Notes under the pieces: model-generated
The model's input: only the letters and a program-made list of their open reading frames with translations
Told to the model about the DNA's origin: nothing
Database searches by the model: none
Position numbers and translations under genes: made by a program
Assembly: GCA_964354255.1 (NCBI GenBank)
Contig: CAYGYX010000002.1
Span: 8,697-72,696 of the forward strand
DNA length: 64,000 bases
From: an uncultured Acidimicrobiia bacterium
GTDB lineage: Bacteria; Actinomycetota; Acidimicrobiia; Spongiisociales; UBA11373
Direction of reading: 5' to 3'
Shown here: piece by piece, positions 57,974 through 64,000 of the stretch
Layout of the letters: every line of letters begins with the position of its first letter
How positions within the stretch are numbered: position 1 is the first letter of the stretch

Positions 57974-58539
57974 GCGGCCGCATCCTCACCATCCCCAACG
58001 TGATCTCGCTCGTGCGGGTGGCCCTGGTGCCGCTGTTCCTCTGGCTCCTCTTCGGAGCCGATGCTCCTATGCCCGCCGGGATCCTTCTCGGGGTGATCGG
58101 CGGCACGGACTGGATCGACGGCTTCCTGGCCCGCCGCCTCGGCCAGGTGTCCGAGCTAGGGAAGCTGCTCGATCCCGTCGCCGATCGGCTGGCCATCACC
58201 GCGGCGGTGATCGGCGGGTGGATAGCCGGAGTGCTGCCCTGGCCGGTGGCCCTGGCACTCGTGGTCAGGGAGACCGTCCTTGCCGTCGGAGCACTGCTCG
58301 CCGCCTGGCGCTGGGGAGTGCGGGTCGAGGTGCGCTTCCTGGGCAAGGTGGCCACCTTCGGGCTCTACTCGGCCATCGGGTCCTTCTACGTGTACGCCGG
58401 CTTCCACCATCCCTTCTTCATCTGGTGGGCCTGGGCGGTGGTGGTGCCCGGCCTCATCCTGTACTACCTGGTCGGTGCCCAGTACTTCCTCGACATCCTG
58501 AAGAGGCGACGGCAGGCCGCCCCGGTATCCTCCGGCTGA
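57970..58539 (+). CDS. pgsA: CDP-alcohol phosphatidyltransferase (phosphatidylglycerophosphate synthase-like)
   Basis: Carries the D-x2-DG-x2-AR-x8-G-x3-D-x3-D motif (DWIDGFLARRLGQVSELGKLLDPVADR). Confidence 0.8.
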   Translation: MSGRILTIPNVISLVRVALVPLFLWLLFGADAPMPAGILLGVIGGTDWIDGFLARRLGQVSELGKLLDPVADRLAITAAVIGGWIAGVLPWPVALALVVRETVLAVGALLAAWRWGVRVEVRFLGKVATFGLYSAIGSFYVYAGFHHPFFIWWAWAVVVPGLILYYLVGAQYFLDILKRRRQAAPVSSG

Positions 58540-58555
58540 CAGCGATCAGGAGGAG

Positions 58556-58936
58556 TTGGTGAACGTCCCCGAGGACCGCCGCTACACCGAGGAGCACGAG
58601 TGGGCGCTGGCCGAGGACGGCAGGGTCCGTATCGGGATCACCGACTACGCCCAGGAGGCCCTGGGCGACGTCGTGTACGTCGATTTGCCCAAGGTGGGCC
58701 GGCGGGTGCAAGCGGGAGAGACGGTGGCCGAAGTCGAGTCGACCAAGTCGGTGGCCGAGGTCTACGCGCCCCTCAACGGGGCGGTCGTGGCCGTCAACGG
58801 CTCACTCGCCGAGACCCCAGAGCTGATCAACCGCGATCCCTATGGGGAGGGCTGGTTCGTCGTCATCGAGGCGGACGACCCTCTGGTGCTCGACGGCCTC
58901 CTCGACGCGGCTGCCTACCGCGCCCTGCTCGGCTAG
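58556..58936 (+). CDS. gcvH: glycine cleavage system H protein
   Basis: Lipoyl-lysine motif AEVESTKSVAEVYAPLNG, in 126 aa. Confidence 0.9.
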   Translation: MVNVPEDRRYTEEHEWALAEDGRVRIGITDYAQEALGDVVYVDLPKVGRRVQAGETVAEVESTKSVAEVYAPLNGAVVAVNGSLAETPELINRDPYGEGWFVVIEADDPLVLDGLLDAAAYRALLG

Positions 58937-58985
58937 CTCCCTCCGCTCCAGTCCGGGTTTCGGCGGCAGCACTACCATTCCTGGG

Positions 58986-59420
58986 ATGGAGCCACGCGAC
59001 GAGACTCCCCAGGAGGCGGCCGGAGGTGCGCTGGAGCAGCAGGCCGACGCGACCCTCACCTACGACCCGGTGGACGAGGCCCGCCACTTGCGAGCGCGCG
59101 AGGCCGCCGCCGGCATCCCCGGGCTGGGGGGTTTCGGGCTCGTAGTGACCGACGGGCCGCACGAGGGCACCCACTGGACGCTCTCCGACGGCCGCAACGA
59201 GGCCGGGCGTAACGTCGAAGCCATGCTCTTCCTCGACGACATCACGGTCTCCCGGCACCACGCTGCCTTCCTGTCCGAGGGCGGCCGACTCTGGCTGGAG
59301 GACCTCGGCTCTACCAACGGGACCTACGTCAACGGCAAGCGGGCCGAGCGGGCGGAGCTGTTTCCCGGCGACGAGGTGATCATCGGGCGCTTCCACCTGG
59401 TCGTGGCGCGTGGGGCATGA
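58986..59420 (+). CDS. garA: FHA-domain protein GarA/OdhI-like
   Basis: C-terminal FHA domain (FLDDITVSRHHAAFLSEGGRLWLEDLGSTNGTYVNG). The start was refined to MEPRDET. The track ORF start at 58842 was rejected. Confidence 0.8.
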   Translation: MEPRDETPQEAAGGALEQQADATLTYDPVDEARHLRAREAAAGIPGLGGFGLVVTDGPHEGTHWTLSDGRNEAGRNVEAMLFLDDITVSRHHAAFLSEGGRLWLEDLGSTNGTYVNGKRAERAELFPGDEVIIGRFHLVVARGA

Positions 59421-60112
59421 GCGACGGCCGGGCGCTGGCCATCGGGGAAGTGATCGCGCTCCTCAACGAGGAGTTCCCCGACGTCAGTATCTCCAAACTC
59501 CGCTTCCTGGAAAGCCAGGGATTGCTCCGCCCGAGCCGTAGCCCCTCCGGCTACCGCCAGTTCCGCGCGGCAGACGTCGAGCGGGCCCGTTACGTGCTGA
59601 GACAGCAGCGGGACCACTTCCTGCCGCTCAAGGTCATCAAGGCCAAGCTCAGCGCCTGGGAGCACGGTGAGGAGCCGACCGTCGCCCCGGCCGCCGGCCC
59701 CCCGCCCGACGCCTACTTCGCCGGCGGGAGGGTCCGCATGTCCACAGAGGAGCTCGCCCGCACCACCGGGGTGACGGTGGACTTCGTCCACCGCCTCGTC
59801 CAGGACGGGGTGCTCGACTCGCGGCGGGATGCCCAGGGCGAGCTCCAATTCACCGAGGACGACGCGGCGGTGACCCGCGCCGCTAATCGCCTCGTGGCGC
59901 GCGGCCTGGAGCCCCGGCATGTGAAATCCCTGCGGCTGGCCTTCAATCGGGAGACGGACTTGCTCGCCCAGCTGGCGGGCCCCTTGCTCCGCCACCGTAC
60001 CCCCGCCAGCCGCCGACAGGCTGCCGAGATCCTGGCCGACTGCGCCCAGGCGGCACGCGACCTCCAGGATGCGGCCGTGCGCTCCCAGCTGCGGGAACTG
60101 CTCGAGGGCTGA
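59417..60112 (+). CDS. MerR-family transcriptional regulator (Rv1828-like)
   Basis: N-terminal MerR HTH (IGEVIALLNEEFPDVSISKLRFLESQGLLRPSRSPSGYRQF) plus a C-terminal effector domain. Confidence 0.75.
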   Translation: MSDGRALAIGEVIALLNEEFPDVSISKLRFLESQGLLRPSRSPSGYRQFRAADVERARYVLRQQRDHFLPLKVIKAKLSAWEHGEEPTVAPAAGPPPDAYFAGGRVRMSTEELARTTGVTVDFVHRLVQDGVLDSRRDAQGELQFTEDDAAVTRAANRLVARGLEPRHVKSLRLAFNRETDLLAQLAGPLLRHRTPASRRQAAEILADCAQAARDLQDAAVRSQLRELLEG

Positions 60113-60114
60113 GG

Positions 60115-61173
60115 ATGACCGCCCTTGCCGCCCTGACACTCGCGTTGGCGCTGATGCCCCAGGCCTCATTGACACCGCTGACCACCCCTCTCCCTCCGCT
60201 GCCCATCGCCGTCTTCCCAGACCACGAGCCGCCCCGGCTTACCGCCGGCGCCTGGGCGCTCTACTCGGTGGACGAAGGGGCCATGATCTGGGCAAGCGCC
60301 GCCGATCAGGTGCGCCCTCCGGCCTCGGTGACCAAGCTGATGACCGCCCTGCTCGTCGTGGAGGCCGGGATCGACCCGGCCGAGGAGGTGACCATCAGCG
60401 CGGCCGCCGCGGCCGAGCCCATCGGGTACGTGGGCCAGCAGAAGATCTACGAGGGCGAAGTGTGGACGGTGGAGGCCCTGCTCACCGACCTGCTCATCTA
60501 CTCGGACAACGGGGCGGCGATCGCCTTAGCGGAGCGCGTGGCCGGCTCGGTGGCAGCCTTCGTGGAACTGATGAACGAGCGAGCAGCTGAGCTGGGAATG
60601 ACCAGCACCAACTTCGAGAACCCCAACGGGCTGGACAAGGCCGGCCACGTCTCCTCCGCCCGGGACCTGATCCGCCTCGGGGCGGCAGTCATCGGCCAGC
60701 CCCGCATCGCCATGATCACCCGGGTCAAGTACATCACCTTCACCCCGGGCGGACGGGTCATGGAAGTCAAGAACACCAACCGCCTGCTCGGCACGTTCCC
60801 CGGGGTGTTCGGGCTGAAGACGGGGGACACACTGACTGCCCGGCAGGTACTGCTCTCCTACGCTGCCCTTCCTCATGAGGATTTCCTGGGCGTGGTCATG
60901 GGCACCGACGGCCACATGAGGGACACCAGGGCCCTCATCGCCTATGCGATGCGCACGCTCGGGCCCAAGGACTGCTTCTACTCCGTGGGGGCGGACCTCC
61001 CGGCCCTGGCCGAATGGCCAGAGTGGCTGCTCGCCCGCATCGACGCCGCTGGGACTCTGGACGACGGCCACCGCGCCGGCATCCCCACCCCGCTCAGCCC
61101 GGCCGAGCGTGAGCTCACCGCGGCCCTGCGCGACCTGCTCCCCAGGGTCCTCGGGGGAGGGGAGGGCTCGTGA
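60115..61173 (+). CDS. D-alanyl-D-alanine carboxypeptidase (S11 / PBP5-like serine peptidase)
   Basis: Signal peptide, then SVTK (SxxK), YSDN (SxN) and KTGDT (KTG) motifs. Confidence 0.8.
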   Translation: MTALAALTLALALMPQASLTPLTTPLPPLPIAVFPDHEPPRLTAGAWALYSVDEGAMIWASAADQVRPPASVTKLMTALLVVEAGIDPAEEVTISAAAAAEPIGYVGQQKIYEGEVWTVEALLTDLLIYSDNGAAIALAERVAGSVAAFVELMNERAAELGMTSTNFENPNGLDKAGHVSSARDLIRLGAAVIGQPRIAMITRVKYITFTPGGRVMEVKNTNRLLGTFPGVFGLKTGDTLTARQVLLSYAALPHEDFLGVVMGTDGHMRDTRALIAYAMRTLGPKDCFYSVGADLPALAEWPEWLLARIDAAGTLDDGHRAGIPTPLSPAERELTAALRDLLPRVLGGGEGS

Positions 61174-61751
61174 GCGTCATGGCCCTGGCGGTCTCCGCGG
61201 CCACCATCGCGGCCCGGGTTTCCGAAATGGCCGCCGCGATCCGCGCCGACTTCGAAGGCAAGGAGCCCGTCCTGCTCGGTGTACTGCAGGGCGCGGTCCC
61301 CTTCCTGGCCGACCTGAGCCGCCAGCTCTCCCCCCGGGTCGACGTCGACTTCCTGAGCCTCACTCGCTTCGGGTCGGAGGGGCGCGTCGCCATCTCCGTC
61401 GACAGCGCCACCCCCATCTCCGGGCGACACGTGCTCCTGGTGGAGGACATCGTGGACACCGGCCTCACCCTCGCTTACCTCCTGAGCTTGCTCGAGACAC
61501 GCCGGCCGGCCTCGCTGACCACCGTGACCCTCCTCGACAAGCGCAGCCGGCGCATCGTCGATGTGCCCCTCCGCTACCGTGGCTTCCAGGTGGGTGACGA
61601 GTTCCTGCTCGGCTACGGCCTCGACTGGGAGGGCCGGTACCGGAACCTGCCGGCGTTGTGGGCGGTGATCGACCTCGCCGATTTCCGGCGCCACCCCGAA
61701 GCAGCCACCCGGGGCGTCTTCGGCGGCGACGGTGATAAGGTGAGCGTATGA
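61170..61751 (+). CDS. hpt: hypoxanthine-guanine phosphoribosyltransferase
   Basis: PRPP-binding motif VLLVEDIVDTGLTL in a type-I PRTase fold, about 190 aa. Confidence 0.85.
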   Translation: MSVMALAVSAATIAARVSEMAAAIRADFEGKEPVLLGVLQGAVPFLADLSRQLSPRVDVDFLSLTRFGSEGRVAISVDSATPISGRHVLLVEDIVDTGLTLAYLLSLLETRRPASLTTVTLLDKRSRRIVDVPLRYRGFQVGDEFLLGYGLDWEGRYRNLPALWAVIDLADFRRHPEAATRGVFGGDGDKVSV

Positions 61752-62236
61752 CCGAGGGTGTGCCCGTCGAGCTGGTCGGGGTGCGGATCGAGCTCCCCAG
61801 CAACCAGCCGATCGTTCTCCTGAAGGAGGTCGACGGCACTCGTTACCTGCCCATCTGGATCGGGGCAGGTGAGGCAACCGCCATCGCCTTCGCCCTCGAG
61901 GGAGTGCAGTCGCAACGTCCCCTCACCCACGACCTCCTCAGGCTTTCAGTCGAGGCCCTCGACGCCCAGGTGCGCCGGGTGGTCGTCACCGAGATGCGCG
62001 ACGGCATCTACTACGCGGACCTGGTCTTCTCCCGCGATGGCAACGAGATCACCGTGTCCTCGCGGCCCTCCGACGCCATCGCCCTCGCCGCCCGCACCGG
62101 ATCGCCCATCTTCGTTTCCCCTCGCGTTCTCGAGGAGTCGGGCGTGGAGATCCGGGACGAGGATGAGGAGGACGAGGTCGCCCGCTTTCGCAGCTTCCTC
62201 GACTCGGTGACGCCGGAGGACTTCGACGCAAGCTGA
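61748..62236 (+). CDS. bifunctional nuclease family protein (DUF151, Rv1829-like)
   Basis: PIVLLKEVDGTRYLPIWIGAGEATAIAFALEGVQSQRPLTHDL..RDGIYYADLVF, the BFN-family pattern. Confidence 0.7.
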   Translation: MTEGVPVELVGVRIELPSNQPIVLLKEVDGTRYLPIWIGAGEATAIAFALEGVQSQRPLTHDLLRLSVEALDAQVRRVVVTEMRDGIYYADLVFSRDGNEITVSSRPSDAIALAARTGSPIFVSPRVLEESGVEIRDEDEEDEVARFRSFLDSVTPEDFDAS

Positions 62237-62344
62237 GAGGGCCCCTCGCAGCCGGGGGACCGATGGTCCTCATCCCCATCACCACCGGCCGACTGAGCCC
62301 CCCGTCCGCCGGTCGGCTGGGGCCCCAGCCGGCAGTTTTCCACA

Positions 62345-62381
62345 GGGGTTGTTGACAACCCCTGGTCGCGCCATCTAGTTT
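62345..62381 (+). promoter_or_regulatory. candidate MerR-type promoter/operator: 18-bp near-palindrome embedding TTGACA, 18-nt spacer, TAGTTT
   Basis: GGGGTTGTTGACAACCCC (62345..62362) then an 18-nt spacer then TAGTTT (62376..62381). It lies about 50 nt upstream of the MerR-like gene start (GTG 62434), in a region of locally reduced GC. Confidence 0.3.
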
Positions 62382-62433
62382 CACGGCAGTAGTTCCAGGT
62401 CCGGGAATTACCGTGGTGTAAGCTCTCGGGGAG

Positions 62434-62910
62434 GTGAGCCACGCCGTGAGTGAGGAACAGGGCTATCGGGCCCCGCAGGTCTGCAAGATTGTCGGCATCA
62501 CCTACCGGCAACTCGACTACTGGGCCCGTACCGCGTTGCTGGCCCCTTCCCTCCGCCAGGCGAGCGGCTCGGGATCGCACCGGCTCTACGCCTTCCAGGA
62601 CATCGTGCAGCTCCGGGTGGTCAAGCGGCTCCTCGATGCCGGCATGAGCCTGAAGCGCATCCGCCAGGCCGTAGGGATACTCCGTGATCAGCTGCACAGC
62701 GAGCGTCCCCTCACCGACGTCACTCTCCTCTCCGACGGTTCCACCATCTACGCCGCCCAGAGCGCCGACGAGGTCGTCGACGTCTTCCGGCGAGGCCAGG
62801 GGGTGTTCGGCATCGCGGTGGGCCCCGTCCAGGAAGAGCTCGAGGGGGAGCTGCACCGGCTCTTCCCCGACCTCCCGGCCATCGAGACCCACGTGCCCGT
62901 GGAAGCGTGA
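62434..62910 (+). CDS. MerR-family transcriptional regulator (Rv1830-like)
   Basis: HTH region YRAPQVCKIVGITYRQLDYWARTALLAPS..HRLYAFQDIVQLRVVKRLLDAGMSL. Confidence 0.7.
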   Translation: MSHAVSEEQGYRAPQVCKIVGITYRQLDYWARTALLAPSLRQASGSGSHRLYAFQDIVQLRVVKRLLDAGMSLKRIRQAVGILRDQLHSERPLTDVTLLSDGSTIYAAQSADEVVDVFRRGQGVFGIAVGPVQEELEGELHRLFPDLPAIETHVPVEA

Positions 62911-63353
62911 CCGGTCCCGCCGACACCGACGACTTTGCTTCCCCGGCGGACGCCGTCGATTTCGCTCACCACAGTGAGGAGCAGTTCGCCCGCTTGCTCG
63001 ACTTCTACGGGATCGACTGGGAGTACGAGCCCCGTTCCTTCCCCGTCGAGTTCGACGAGGCCGGCGCCCCCAGCGGCTACTTCACCCCGGACTTCTACCT
63101 GCCGGATGAGGACCTGTTCATCGAGATCACGACCATGAACCAGAAACTGGTGACCAAGAAGAACCGCAAGGTGCGCCGGCTGCGGTCCCTGTACCCGGAG
63201 GTCCGCTGCAAGATCTTCTACCAGCGTGACTATCTGCACCTGCTGGTCAAGTACGGCTTGGAGCCCGGGGAAGCCACCGGCGACCCGGTCCTGCCCACCC
63301 GCCTGCCCGGACCCCCCCAGGTCATCAGCCTCAGTGAGGCGGAGACCGGCTGA
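62907..63353 (+). CDS. hypothetical protein
   Basis: 148 aa with an acidic N-terminus. It is conserved in position between the MerR gene and gcvP (Rv1831 position). No family recognised. Confidence 0.45.
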   Translation: MTGPADTDDFASPADAVDFAHHSEEQFARLLDFYGIDWEYEPRSFPVEFDEAGAPSGYFTPDFYLPDEDLFIEITTMNQKLVTKKNRKVRRLRSLYPEVRCKIFYQRDYLHLLVKYGLEPGEATGDPVLPTRLPGPPQVISLSEAETG

Positions 63354-63489
63354 CCGCCACCGGGAGAGGGCGGCGCCTCCCACTAACCTGCGAGCCGTGA
63401 CCAGAACTTTGTTCGCCCTGCGCTTCTTGCCCCTCGAGGAGGCCGCCCGGGGGACACCCCGGAGCAGGCAAGGCGCTGGGGAACGCTGA

Positions 63490-64000
63490 GTGGACTTCAC
63501 CCCGCATACGCCCGCCGACATCGAGCGCATGCTCGGTGCCCTCGGCTTGGGCTCGTGCGAGGACCTGTTCTCCCATCTCCCGGCAGCGGTGAGGCTCACC
63601 CGGCCTCTCGATCTGCCCGGCCCCCTCGCGGAGGCGGAAGTGATGAAGCATCTCGAGGCTCTCGCCTCCCGCAACCGCCCGGACCTGGCCTGCTTCGCGG
63701 GAGGGGGCATCTACGACCACTATCTGCCCCCGGTGGTCCGGGCCCTCACCATGCGCCCCGAGTTCGTCACCTCCTACACGCCCTACCAGAGCGAGGTGTC
63801 CCAGGGCATGCTGCAGGCCCTATTCGAGTACCAGTCCATGGTGGCCGCCATCACCGGGCTGCCGGTAGCCAACGCCTCCCTCTACGACGGGGCCACGGCG
63901 GCCCTCGAGGCGGCCAACCTGGCGGTCGGGGCCACCGGGCGCCGCGGCCTGTGGGTCTCCCGCGGCCTCCCCCCGCAGACGCGCCGGGTGGTGGCCACCT
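63490..64000 (+). CDS. gcvP: glycine dehydrogenase (decarboxylating) GcvP, N-terminal part (runs off the window end; partial)
   Basis: A GTG at 63490 opens a frame that stays open to 64000: VDFTPHTPADIERMLGALGLGS..LPGPLAEAEVMKHLEALASRNRP..FAGGGIYDHYLPPVVRALTMRPEFVTSYTPYQSEVSQGMLQALFEYQSMVAAITGLPVANASLYDGATA. It is not in the ORF track because it is unterminated. Confidence 0.8.
   Translation, partial: MDFTPHTPADIERMLGALGLGSCEDLFSHLPAAVRLTRPLDLPGPLAEAEVMKHLEALASRNRPDLACFAGGGIYDHYLPPVVRALTMRPEFVTSYTPYQSEVSQGMLQALFEYQSMVAAITGLPVANASLYDGATAALEAANLAVGATGRRGLWVSRGLPPQTRRVVAT

Overview
High-GC (about 70%) actinobacterial chromosome segment, densely coding and mostly core genome. Gene order is a mosaic of blocks that are each syntenic with known Mycobacterium tuberculosis loci: lprG-p55 (Rv1411c-1410c), trmI..mpa-dop-pup-prcBA-pafABC-helY (Rv2118c-2092c), HAD-tlyA-ppnK-recN-pyrG-nudix-xerD (Rv1692-1701), scpAB-rluB-cmk-der (Rv1709-1713) and pgsA-gcvH-garA-merR-bfn-merR-gcvB (Rv1822-1832). 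The best-supported system is a complete Pup-proteasome (PPS) locus in which every hallmark motif is visible: the Mpa C-terminal GQYL, the Pup C-terminal GGQ, and PrcB Thr1 after its propeptide. Other content includes a heterodimeric ABC exporter pair, a 2-oxoacid:ferredoxin oxidoreductase (KorAB) with an unusual beta-gamma fusion, a tdh-kbl threonine-degradation operon, a regulator + MacB/FtsX-type ABC transporter cassette, one tRNA-Pro(GGG), and the start of gcvP at the window end. The ORF track contains many long antisense or alternative-frame ORFs (Arg/Gly/Pro-rich, typical of high-GC DNA) that I rejected. No rRNA, CRISPR array, transposase or phage integrase was seen. The candidates for anything new are modest and are listed below; I cannot demonstrate a clearly novel system from sequence alone. 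They are: (i) a tRNA-Pro-adjacent, lineage-specific 4-gene cluster (multi-Zn-ribbon protein, large GT-A-like protein, saccharopine-dehydrogenase-like oxidoreductase, small protein coupled to pgsA) plus a 670-bp non-coding gap, sitting exactly at a synteny breakpoint. (ii) A DUF2007-like small membrane protein encoded antisense between prcA and pafA inside the PPS locus. (iii) Two S4-domain genes (tlyA, rluB) whose conserved N-termini lie upstream of any canonical start codon (CTG and ATC candidates). (iv) An AT-rich double palindrome operator upstream of a GbsR/MarR-like regulator. (v) A translationally coupled LON-N-domain / Holin-X-like / small TM protein triad. Refined starts were computed from residue offsets in the ORF track. 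Starts corrected from the ORF track are noted in the evidence field.
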